From positions 16,792 to 80,791 of the forward strand of contig JAHJTE010000004.1 in NCBI GenBank assembly GCA_018830005.1: DNA of 64,000 nt, given 5' to 3'. A program made the translations under genes and the position numbers. Of the stretch, positions 9,876 through 19,100 are shown in pieces. Position 1 is the stretch's first letter, and the number at the start of each line of letters is the position of its first letter. This stretch comes from Candidatus Omnitrophota bacterium. Its GTDB lineage: Bacteria; Omnitrophota; Gorgyraeia; JAHJTE01. The notes beneath the pieces were generated by a model. It saw only the letters and a program-made list of their open reading frames with translations. It searched no databases and was not told where the DNA came from.

Positions 9876-10615
9876 GTTGCTAGGCCTCCATCAACAATAA
9901 AAGTTTGGCCGGTTATGTAATCAGCTAAATCAGAAATTAAGAATTTGACTACTTTAGCTACCTCTTCAGGATTTCCAAACCTTCCTAAAGGAATTCGTTC
10001 TAGCTCCTTGTCTTTCATGGTTTCATTCAAACTAGACAACATATCCGTTTTGATAAACCCAGGAGCAACTGCATTTACCCTTATGTTGTAAGGTGCCACC
10101 TCTTGAGCCAATGCCTTTGTAAAGCCTAATATAGCAGCCTTAGCAGCCGAATAATTCGTCTGCTTTGCTATACCCCTAATACCGCTCACTGAACTTATAT
10201 TAACTATTACACCAGATTTTCTTTTTAAAAAATCCACTATAATTGAACGAGTAATATTAAAGACTCCTCCTAAATCAACCCTTATTACCTTTTGCCAATC
10301 TTCTTGCTCCATAAACGCCAAGGCCTTATCGTTAATGATACCGGCATTATTAACCAAGATATCTATGGAATCGAAATCTTTTTTAATGTCATCGACCCAT
10401 TTCTTAACACTCTGGAGGTCTTCGATGTTAACTTCGTATCCTTTTACCTTAACCTCATCTGATGATAACTCTATCTCAATCTCTTTAGCCAAATCTCTGC
10501 TTTTTAGATAGTTAAATGCTATGTTAACTCCCTCTCTGGCAAGTTCATTGACTATTGCTCTGCCAATGCCTCTCGTACCTCCAGTAACGATGGCTGTTTT
10601 ATTCTTACCCTTCAT
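9872..10615 (-). CDS. fabG: 3-oxoacyl-ACP reductase (SDR family, FabG-like)
   Basis: 247 aa. TGGTRGIGRAI Rossmann motif, NNAG, and YSAAKAA catalytic Tyr-x3-Lys. Confidence 0.85.
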   Translation of the reverse strand: MKGKNKTAIVTGGTRGIGRAIVNELAREGVNIAFNYLKSRDLAKEIEIELSSDEVKVKGYEVNIEDLQSVKKWVDDIKKDFDSIDILVNNAGIINDKALAFMEQEDWQKVIRVDLGGVFNITRSIIVDFLKRKSGVIVNISSVSGIRGIAKQTNYSAAKAAILGFTKALAQEVAPYNIRVNAVAPGFIKTDMLSSLNETMKDKELERIPLGRFGNPEEVAKVVKFLISDLADYITGQTFIVDGGLAT

Positions 10616-10797
10616 TTTATGACTCCTCGCATTTTTTTGTTAATCCACTCATCAAGAAATCGTTTTGAAAAGCGCCAGTCGCCCCCTAATTTAAATGCCG
10701 GGATTCTACGCTCCCGGGCATACTTCTTTACAGTAAAAGGGTGAAGCTTTAAAATTCTAGCTACTTCCTTTGTGGTTAATATATCACTATCTATCAT
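10612..10797 (-). CDS. Small helix-turn-helix DNA-binding protein (excisionase/MerR-like HTH_17 domain), candidate operon regulator
   Basis: 61 aa. TTKEVARILKLHPFTVKKYARERRIPAFKLGGDWRF matches excisionase-family HTH. The first gene of the operon; its stop overlaps the fabG start (ATGA). Confidence 0.65.
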   Translation of the reverse strand: MIDSDILTTKEVARILKLHPFTVKKYARERRIPAFKLGGDWRFSKRFLDEWINKKMRGVIK

Positions 10798-10834
10798 TTT
10801 GCAATTGATGAAAAAACATGCTAAATATTAACTA

Positions 10835-10906
10835 TTGTCAATCGTTGCTATTCGTTGTTTTACGGAATTATTAATATAGCATTGTTGTTAAATGTTGTCA
10901 AGCGTT
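10835..10906 (-). promoter_or_regulatory. Two direct repeats AACGnTTGACAA (10835-10846 and 10895-10906), candidate operator sites
   Basis: The plus strand reads ttgtcaatcgtt and ttgtcaagcgtt, 60 bp apart. One copy overlaps the predicted -35 and the other sits in the 5' UTR. Confidence 0.45.
10873..10900 (-). promoter_or_regulatory. Sigma70-like promoter TTGACA-17 nt-TATATT reading into the HTH/fab operon
   Basis: Minus-strand sequence cgcTTGACAacatttaacaacaatgcTATATTaat. Its -10 box lies about 75 nt upstream of the HTH ATG at 10797. Confidence 0.5.
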
Positions 10907-11016
10907 ATTTTATGGAGACATAGATAGTCATGGGTAAGATGATATAGATTATCCTAGATTAAGAATTAGAGAGGTCTGAAGGATTGGCAGGAAATTAGAA
11001 GGTTAAAGACGTGGCT

Positions 11017-11250
11017 TTACTCCTTAATCTCAGCAAGGGCATCGCCGACATTAACAGTATCGCCTTCTTGAACTAAGATTTTCGAAAGTGTACCGCTGGC
11101 AGAAGAAGGAACATTAAACGTTGCCTTATCTGTTGCTGCTTCAACTAAGTCCTCTCCTTCTTTAACTGCCTCACCTTCTTTAATATGCCAGAAGGTTACT
11201 ATTGCCTTGGTAATACCTTCACCCAGTTCTGGTAAGATTACTTGTTTCAT
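11017..11250 (-). CDS. Free-standing lipoyl-attachment domain protein (E2-type lipoyl domain)
   Basis: 77 aa. The EDLVEAATDKATFNVPSSASG motif holds the lipoyl-lysine. Its start overlaps the lipB stop region. Confidence 0.7.
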   Translation of the reverse strand: MKQVILPELGEGITKAIVTFWHIKEGEAVKEGEDLVEAATDKATFNVPSSASGTLSKILVQEGDTVNVGDALAEIKE

Positions 11251-11947
11251 TCTTTACTCCTTTATTTCTTTCTGTTTTGATATTTAAATTAAAAACTTTA
11301 CAAAAATTATCCATTAGTTTATGTTTAAATACGTTGAAATCAACACTATATCCTAACTCTTTAGCCACTGAAGTCATTTCAACATCCATTCCACAAGGCC
11401 GAATATAGGAAAATATCTTTAGATTATTATTTACATTAATAGTTAAGCCGTGATATGTAATCCAATGACTAATGCCGATGCCGATAGAGGCAATCTTTTT
11501 ACTTCCAGCCCATACGCCTCTTTTATCCTGCACAACGTGTGCCCTTAGGCTAAATTCCCTAAGCGTATTGAGTATAACATGTTGAAGATTATTTAAAAAA
11601 ACATGGATGTCCTGGTGTTTTCTCATCTTTAAATCAAAAACAGGATATATCGTCAACTGCCCTAATTCATGAGCCGTAATATCTCCCCCGCGATCAATCT
11701 TAAAAAAATCAACGCCCTTTGCATTTAAGCTATTTGGATCACACAAGAGGTTATTGATATTTCCAGATCTTCCAAGGGTAATAACAGGAAAATGTTCACA
11801 GATAATCAAGGCCTCGTTAGATAATCCAAGCTTTAATTCCTCAAGGGACCTTTTTTGTAAATGGTAGGCTTTTTTATAGGAAATCTTTCCAAGATCGATT
11901 ATATCACAGTCAAATGTCATTTTTTCTGTGGCTTGCTTCGAGTGCAC
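11219..11947 (-). CDS. lipB: Octanoyltransferase (lipoyl(octanoyl) transferase LipB)
   Basis: 242 aa with FPVITLGRSG, RGGDITAHELGQL and HGLTINV motifs typical of LipB. Confidence 0.8.
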   Translation of the reverse strand: MHSKQATEKMTFDCDIIDLGKISYKKAYHLQKRSLEELKLGLSNEALIICEHFPVITLGRSGNINNLLCDPNSLNAKGVDFFKIDRGGDITAHELGQLTIYPVFDLKMRKHQDIHVFLNNLQHVILNTLREFSLRAHVVQDKRGVWAGSKKIASIGIGISHWITYHGLTINVNNNLKIFSYIRPCGMDVEMTSVAKELGYSVDFNVFKHKLMDNFCKVFNLNIKTERNKGVKNETSNLTRTG

Positions 11948-12867
11948 TAATGCGGTAATTTTTTGGTAAGCTCCTTGATTGTCTGCGCAGTAAGCCTTAA
12001 TGTTTCCTCTTCTTCTTTATTTAAAGCTAGGGTGATTATTTCCTCGATACCTGATTTTCCTATCTTTGCAGGTACACCCAAACAGATATCAGAGATGCCG
12101 TATTCACCTTTAAGATATGCGGCTGCACAAATAATCTTTTTTTCATCTTTAGCAATTGCTTTAACAATTTCAAATATAGCTGCCGAAGGCGCAAAATAGG
12201 CACTGCCGCTACCATAAAGAGAGACAATCTCTGCGCCTCTTTCAACTGTCAAGTCAGATATTGTTTTAATCTCTTCTTTTGTTGCAGACTCTGCCAAAGA
12301 CACATCTTTAACATAAGTCAACCTATCCAACGGCAGCATACCTCTTCCGTGGCTGGCGATGACCTGGGCATTAATGTCATTAATATTCTTATCAAACTTT
12401 GAAGCTATTAAGTTCGCAAAACGGGCTGAATCCAAACTATTTCCCATTCCGATTAATCGCTTTGAGTCAATCTGGGTGAGTTTTTTAAAATAATAAACCA
12501 TTAAATCCAATGGATTTGTAACTATAATTACGATTGCATCTTTAAGCTTAGATTTTATTTTTGTCGCAATCTCTTTAATTAAATTAGCGTTTTTGGCTAT
12601 CAGGTCTTCCCTGCTCATGCCAGCTCGACGAGGAAAACCTGCGGTAATAACGATAATTTCACTTTTTTCTACTTGATTGATATCAGATGTGGCAATGATT
12701 TTTTGGGGGGATTTGGAAAAATAAAGACTATCGGAAATATCTGCGGCCTTGGCCTTGGCAATATCCTCTTTAATATCAATTAGGGTTACATCTGCCAGGT
12801 GAGAATCTATAATGCGGCTTGCAAGCAGTCCCCCGACATTACCAGCGCCAATTATGCTAACTTTCAT
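11947..12867 (-). CDS. mdh: Malate/L-lactate dehydrogenase (LDH-like MDH family)
   Basis: 306 aa. MKVSIIGAGNVGG N-terminus, ITAGFPRRAGMSR substrate loop, IVTNPLD. Confidence 0.85.
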   Translation of the reverse strand: MKVSIIGAGNVGGLLASRIIDSHLADVTLIDIKEDIAKAKAADISDSLYFSKSPQKIIATSDINQVEKSEIIVITAGFPRRAGMSREDLIAKNANLIKEIATKIKSKLKDAIVIIVTNPLDLMVYYFKKLTQIDSKRLIGMGNSLDSARFANLIASKFDKNINDINAQVIASHGRGMLPLDRLTYVKDVSLAESATKEEIKTISDLTVERGAEIVSLYGSGSAYFAPSAAIFEIVKAIAKDEKKIICAAAYLKGEYGISDICLGVPAKIGKSGIEEIITLALNKEEEETLRLTAQTIKELTKKLPH

Positions 12868-12869
12868 TT

Positions 12870-13952
12870 TTATAATTCCTTGATAATCGCCTCGGCCATC
12901 TCGCTGGTGCCTACTGCAGTGGGATCATTGCGGTCAGGCTTCAAATCATAGGTTACAGACTTACCTTCTTTTACTACCTTGATTAATGCATTCTTTAATC
13001 GTTGACTTGCTTGTTTTTCATTTAGATAATCTAGCATCATTACTGCAGATAGTATTGTTGCCGCAGGATTTACCTTGTTCTTCCCAGTATACTTCGGAGC
13101 TGCGCCGTGAACAGGTTCAAATAACGCTAATTCATCTCCAATATTTGCACCCGGGGCCACCCCTAAACCTCCTACTAAGCCAGCGCAAAGATCAGAGATT
13201 ATATCTCCATAAAGATTAGGCAGTGCCAAGCAATCAAAATTCGTGGGCCGAAGCACAAGCTGCATTGATAAATTATCTACTATGGTCTCCTCAAAATCAA
13301 TTTTCCCTTTGTATTTAGAAGCGATCTGGCGGCCGCATTCCAGAAACAATCCATCAGAATACTTCATAATATTGGCTTTATGAACTGCTGTAATTTTTTT
13401 CCTTTTATGTGCAATTGCATATTCAAAGGCAAAGGTAAATAATCTTTTTGAAGCTGATTCAGAAATTGGCTTTAGAGAAATCGCAGAATCAGACTTTATA
13501 TCCCTGCCAGTTGTCTTTTTCGTAAGATTGATAAGCCCTTTTACCTCTTTTGAGCCTTTCTCAAATTCAATTCCGGCATATAGATCTTCTGTATTCTCCC
13601 TGAATATTAATATATCAATGTCAGGATTAATGCTTCTTATTCCAGGATATGCCTTGGCAGGACGCAGGCAGACAAACAAATCCAGTTTTTGACGCAACTG
13701 AACATTAACAGAACGATATCCGCCTGCAACTGGAGTGATAATCGGCCCTTTAAGGGCAACTTTGTTCTTTCTGATGGAATCTAGAACCTCTTGAGGTAGA
13801 ATCTCGCCCTTCTCTTTTAAGGTAACGCTGCCGGCATTCTTTATTTCCCAATCTATCTTTACACCGGTTGCATCCACGCATTTTCTCGCAGCAGCGGCAA
13901 CTTCAGGTCCAATGCCATCACCAGGAATTAAGGTAACTTTGTGTGTACTCAT
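12870..13952 (-). CDS. leuB: Isopropylmalate/isocitrate/homoisocitrate dehydrogenase family enzyme (LeuB-like)
   Basis: 360 aa. N-terminal IPGDGIGPEV, then NLYGDIISDLCAGLVGGLG. Adjacent to leuD. Confidence 0.75.
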   Translation of the reverse strand: MSTHKVTLIPGDGIGPEVAAAARKCVDATGVKIDWEIKNAGSVTLKEKGEILPQEVLDSIRKNKVALKGPIITPVAGGYRSVNVQLRQKLDLFVCLRPAKAYPGIRSINPDIDILIFRENTEDLYAGIEFEKGSKEVKGLINLTKKTTGRDIKSDSAISLKPISESASKRLFTFAFEYAIAHKRKKITAVHKANIMKYSDGLFLECGRQIASKYKGKIDFEETIVDNLSMQLVLRPTNFDCLALPNLYGDIISDLCAGLVGGLGVAPGANIGDELALFEPVHGAAPKYTGKNKVNPAATILSAVMMLDYLNEKQASQRLKNALIKVVKEGKSVTYDLKPDRNDPTAVGTSEMAEAIIKEL

Positions 13953-14452
13953 TTTAATTTTATTGTCCCGTACTTTTTGAAATGGTTGACTATTCCTCCA
14001 TCTGCAATTAGTCTCTGCATAAATGCAGGAAGAGGCCTAATGTTTATTATAGACTCTGTCTTAATATTGCGAATAACGCCTTTATCAAAGTCCAATTGCA
14101 ACTGATCATTATCCTTAATTGCCGAGGTATCAGCCTCAATTAAAGGCAAGCCAATATTAAAAGAATTTCGATAGAAAATTCTTGCAAAATTCTTAGCAAT
14201 AAGGGCAATAACGCCAGCTTCTTTAATAACTAAAGGGGCCTGTTCCCGAGAAGAGCCCATACCAAAGTTCTCACCCGCAACCAGGATTGTTGAACCTGGG
14301 GTTATCTTATTTATAAAATCAGGATCAAGGTCTTCCATTAAATGCTGTGAAAGTTTCTTTATATCTGTAATTTGAAATTTGTATCTTCCAGATATAATCG
14401 TATCCGTGTTGATATTATCACCTAATTTAATTACTTTTCCGACTAGTTTCAT
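13949..14452 (-). CDS. leuD: 3-isopropylmalate dehydratase small subunit (archaeal-type LeuD / aconitase swivel domain)
   Basis: 167 aa. [12 protein letters not shown], then [14 protein letters not shown]. Confidence 0.8.
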   Translation of the reverse strand: MKLVGKVIKLGDNINTDTIISGRYKFQITDIKKLSQHLMEDLDPDFINKITPGSTILVAGENFGMGSSREQAPLVIKEAGVIALIAKNFARIFYRNSFNIGLPLIEADTSAIKDNDQLQLDFDKGVIRNIKTESIINIRPLPAFMQRLIADGGIVNHFKKYGTIKLK

Positions 14453-14460
14453 CAGAGATA

Positions 14461-15507
14461 TTATAGGCTCTTAAATTCAGCTGGATTTTTTACCTTACTT
14501 AGAGCAACCTCTTCTGTGATCAAACCCTGGGTATATAATTCCTTCAATGATGTTTCCATCAATTTCATTCCGAATTGTTTTCCTGTCTGCATTAATGTCG
14601 GGATCTGCTCAATCTCTTGTTCTCTAATCAGGTTTCGTATTCCAGGTGTGCCGACCATAATCTCAGTTGCTGCTACTCTTCCCTGACCAGTCGCACGCGA
14701 CAGGAGCAGCTGTGAGACAACACCTTGCAAGCAGTCAGCCAACTGCAATTTGACCTGTTGCTGCTGATGTGGAGGAAAAACATCAATGATTCTTTCGATT
14801 GTCTGAGGCGCATCAGGAGTATGCAATGTTGTTAAAACCAAATGACCTGTTTCTGCAGCAGTTAGGGCTGTGGAAATTGTTTCAAGATCCCTCATCTCCC
14901 CTACCACAATAACGTCAGGATCTTGACGCAAGGAGTGCTTTAGCGCCTCTGAGAACGAATGGGTATCAGCAAAGACCTCACGTTGTTTAATAACACTTTT
15001 CTTGTTATGATGTATATATTCAATTGGGTCTTCAATAGAAATTATCATATCCTGCCTTTCTTCGTTTATCAAATCCACCATTGCCGCCAGGGTTGTGGTC
15101 TTACCTACACCCGTAGGGCCAGTAATCAAAACTAGACCGTTTGGCCTTCTTGCTAAGGCAGCAAGTATCTTAGGTAGACCCAATTCTTCCAGCGTGGGAA
15201 TCAATAAAGGTATTCTTCTAAAGGCGGCCTCAACCGCACCCTTTTGAACATGGACATTAACTCGGAAACGATCGATGCCAGGTAAGGATAGAGATAAATC
15301 TAGTTCCCATTGCTTTTCAAATTTTTCTTTTTGTGCATCATTTAAGATGCTGTAGATCATTTTCTTTAATTTCTCTCGGTTTAGTTCTTCACGCTTAGTA
15401 TAGATTAACTTTCCATCAATACGCAAAATTGGAGGCATATTCTCTGTTAAGTGCAAATCAGAGGCCTTGCTTTTGATTGTTAGCATTAGAAGTTCTCTTA
15501 AGTCCAT
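14461..15507 (-). CDS. pilT: Twitching-motility ATPase PilT (type IV pilus retraction, secretion ATPase family)
   Basis: 348 aa. Walker A GPTGVGKTTTLAAM, Asp box, His box. PilT length. Confidence 0.8.
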   Translation of the reverse strand: MDLRELLMLTIKSKASDLHLTENMPPILRIDGKLIYTKREELNREKLKKMIYSILNDAQKEKFEKQWELDLSLSLPGIDRFRVNVHVQKGAVEAAFRRIPLLIPTLEELGLPKILAALARRPNGLVLITGPTGVGKTTTLAAMVDLINEERQDMIISIEDPIEYIHHNKKSVIKQREVFADTHSFSEALKHSLRQDPDVIVVGEMRDLETISTALTAAETGHLVLTTLHTPDAPQTIERIIDVFPPHQQQQVKLQLADCLQGVVSQLLLSRATGQGRVAATEIMVGTPGIRNLIREQEIEQIPTLMQTGKQFGMKLMETSLKELYTQGLITEEVALSKVKNPAEFKSL

Positions 15508-15687
15508 AATCTTCTCCTTTTAATTTTTTAATGACAACTAAATGTATATTATTATACCATTTTTATCTGAAAAACATATTCCCTATCAAGTTTAACAGCG
15601 ATAGCCTTATAGAGAACAAAATCATAAAACAAAAACGCCTTAATCTAATTATCCTTAAAGATGAAGGATTACTTCACTTACAAAAAA

Positions 15688-16125
15688 TTATTTGATAGCT
15701 CTGTTTGCTTGTCTCTTGATCCAATCTTTTACTTCTGCTTTATTTAAATAATAAAAGGAATACATACTCGCTACCATTAAAACTATATTAAATGCTATTG
15801 GACTATTAAAACCTAATGTTGCTGAAATAGTTATTATACTAAGTAGTCCATAAAATATATATGTTACAGACAAAATTAATAGTAATTTTCTTGCCCACTC
15901 TTTAATTCGTAGCAGCCCTCTTGCAGATACTAAAGTAGCAATACTTAAAATTCCCAAAGGTAAAACTCCTGAAATAAAAGCTGTAATCCTATATTGCAAA
16001 TCATGTTTATTGATAATTGTCCAAATGGTCATCGGTAGTGTCAATAGATATAAAATAGCAATTATTGAATAAAAGGTAGAAATAAATGAAATTGCCTTCG
16101 GTATCACTGATTCTTTGTACAACAT
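15688..16125 (-). CDS. Small 4-TM membrane protein, candidate immunity protein for the adjacent RHS toxin
   Basis: 145 aa with four hydrophobic helices. It starts 14 nt after the RHS stop on the same strand. No recognisable family. Confidence 0.45.
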   Translation of the reverse strand: MLYKESVIPKAISFISTFYSIIAILYLLTLPMTIWTIINKHDLQYRITAFISGVLPLGILSIATLVSARGLLRIKEWARKLLLILSVTYIFYGLLSIITISATLGFNSPIAFNIVLMVASMYSFYYLNKAEVKDWIKRQANRAIK

Positions 16126-16139
16126 AAACCCCTCCTTAT

Positions 16140-19100
16140 TTATTTTATTTCAGGATAAAAAGTTGCTTTACCCACGGCTCGTAAATAATCAATTAAATTC
16201 CAGCCCATATAATTCACTGTATGAGCAGAATATTTAATCGTATACACTGTAGATTCTTCGACAGCTGCCTCGGCTAACTTAGCGGTTGCATGTGCGCCAA
16301 GATAAGGACTCTGCGATACTATCTGCCAATATACAAAGTTCTTCGTCATATTATCGCGAAATTCATAGTAGGCATTAGTTAATCCTTGAATATAAAATTT
16401 ATAATGAGGGTAGTTATATTGCCAGTAATAATATGAAAATCTGTCCAGCCATGATCTCTGTCTATAAAATCCAAATGGGTCAATAAAATTTATAGGATTA
16501 TTGGATACGCAAGGATATAAATTTAATGTCTGTGGAGATATCATTATACCACTTACTGGATCCTCCTGTAGGAATCTCCCGATAGCTGCATCATAATACC
16601 TTGCCCGGTAGTAATAGAGTCCACTTTCAAGATCAAGCTCTCTCCCTGTATACGTGTAAGGATTTATCAAAGAGCCAGTCTTAGCCTTGATATTTCCAAA
16701 AGAATCATAAAGATATGTCGGGACCACTATACCTGTACTATCAGTAAGCTCAGTAATTGACCCTAGACCATCTACATGGTACCAATAAACCCCTCCTCCT
16801 CTTTCCACCCTCAAAGGCTCATCAATACCTGGACCATGGAGGTATTTGGCTCGGAGAGTATTGATTCCATCGTATTCTGCAATAATGTCTTCATTATCAT
16901 AGACGTATCTAGTAATAGTGCCATTGACATTCTTCTCGATTCTTCTGCCTAAGCCGTCATAGGTATATTGAGCAGATGTTAGGTTTGGAAAATTTATCCT
17001 AATCAACTGATTTTCAAGGTTGTAAGTATATGTTGTTATCTGTAAGGTAGATTTGTTAGTTTTAGAAGTTAGGTTTCCATTATCATCATAACTATAAGTA
17101 TATTCATCATCTTCTAAGAGTCTGTTGGCATCATCGTAGGTATAATTTGTTGGATTACGGTTGCCTACTGAGTCATAGGCATAGTTTTCAGCTGGATTCT
17201 CAGGTTGAGGATGACTAGCATTAGTTAAGCGATAAATGTCATCATAGGTGTAGTTGTGAGTGCCATCACTATCAGTCATGGTTAATCTATTGCCAGCATT
17301 ATCATAAGTATAAGAGTAAGAATCTAAAGAAACTAACCTACTTGCTAAATCATAGGCGTAGCTGGAGGTTGTTCCATTAGCCAAGTTTAAACCTGTTCTT
17401 CTAGAAAGTTCATCATAGTTAAAATGAGCCAGGTTTTGATCTAAAGCATCAGTGATGTCAATGAGGCGGTTGAGTGAATCATAGACGTATTTTGTAACAA
17501 TGTATTCAGGATCAGTTAAGGTTAAGCGATTGGAATTCTTGTCATAGGTGTAGGATATGATTGTTCCTGGTTGATGACCTAAATCAAGCGTAGTTGATGT
17601 TTCTATTCTTGAGGCCAAGTCATAGATCATGCTTAGTGATGAATCAGGCGTAGTTACTGAGGTAAGGTTGTTTACAGAGTCATAGTCATATGTTACGTTC
17701 AAACCTGATCCAGATTTATTACTAAGGCGATTTATATCATCGTAGCTGAAGGTTATTGTATCAGCATTAAAGTCTGCGGTGGTTTCAAGATTGCGATTTA
17801 AATCATAGGAAAACGTTTTAGTGTTACCAAGGGGATTAGTTATTGTCTTAAGCTGGTTAATTTCATCATAGGTAAAGTTTGTTTCATTTAAATTGGCGTC
17901 AATTATCTTCTTGAGGTTTCCGGCCTCGTCGTATTGGTACTGGGTGATGTTTGTTTCTGGGTCTGTTACCTTGGTTAGGCGGTTTATATCATCATATTCA
18001 AAGGTTGTAGTGTTGTTTTCGGCATCTTGAATAGTAAGGATATTGCCAGCACTATCATAAGTAAAGGTTGTAGTATTGCCCTCTGGGTCAGTGGTAGTCT
18101 TCAAATTGTAAGTATCAGTATAATAGGTAAAGATAGTTTGATTCTCTACTGCAGTACCAAAACCAGAAATAATCTTAGTTACTAATCCCCTACTATTATA
18201 TTCCATCTTAGTAATATTTCCTTGAGCATCCGTAATCTGAATAGGGTTACCATTTTCATCATAATCAATATTTGTAGTGTTGTTTTCTGGGTCTGTGATG
18301 GATGTTATCTGATTAAAGTCTGGCTCATAGCTGAAGGCGGTGGTAGCTGATATGGAGTCTTCAGTTGAAGTCAAGAGATTGCCTTTCCAATCGTAGGTCA
18401 TTATAACAGTGGAACTATTAGGTCTAGTGATCTTTGTGGGATTATCGTTTACATCTCGCGCTATAATTGTAGTTTGATTTAGGGCATCTGTAATCTGGCT
18501 ATATGCGCCGAATTTAGAGGTTTGAGAGGTTGTAGAATAATTTTTGCCGTCAATTATAGTCTCAACTATATCATCAGGCCTTACAACTGGAGCTGGATTA
18601 TCAGGAGTACCTACACCAGGCGCTAGATCATTGATTAGGCCCTGAACATCCGACGGAAAGAATTGAATTATCTCTTGAGGTGTATTTGGGAAAAGCATAC
18701 GCGTTACTCTTCCATAGCTATCATACTCATACTGCGTTGTAAATAAACGTTCATTAGTTTCAGAGGTTAAAAGGTGATTAGTATAACTAAATGTTTTAGT
18801 CGTACTATCAGGGTTAGAAATTTGAACTAAGTCGTTATTTTCATCAATAATAAACTGAGCGATTCTTCCTGCAGGGTCAGTTATGGATTTGAATTTCCCT
18901 TCAGCTGAATAGATAAACTGATAGGTGTCACCTGTAGGAAGAACAATCTTGCTTAATTCCTCCTCTTTACCATCAGAGTTTGCGTCTATGTAGAGATAGG
19001 CCGTACTATTTCCATTGCGGTCAACTATAGAAGTCTGCAAACCATGGGCATTAAAGTTGATTTGGGTACCATCTTTTAATTTACGTCTGTAAGTACCGTC

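Noticed and set aside
15508-15687. Possible rho-independent terminator or sRNA in the 180-bp spacer between the candidate immunity gene and pilT
   Set aside because: No convincing GC-rich hairpin followed by a U-tract was found on the minus strand. The region is simply AT-rich and most likely holds the pilT promoter.
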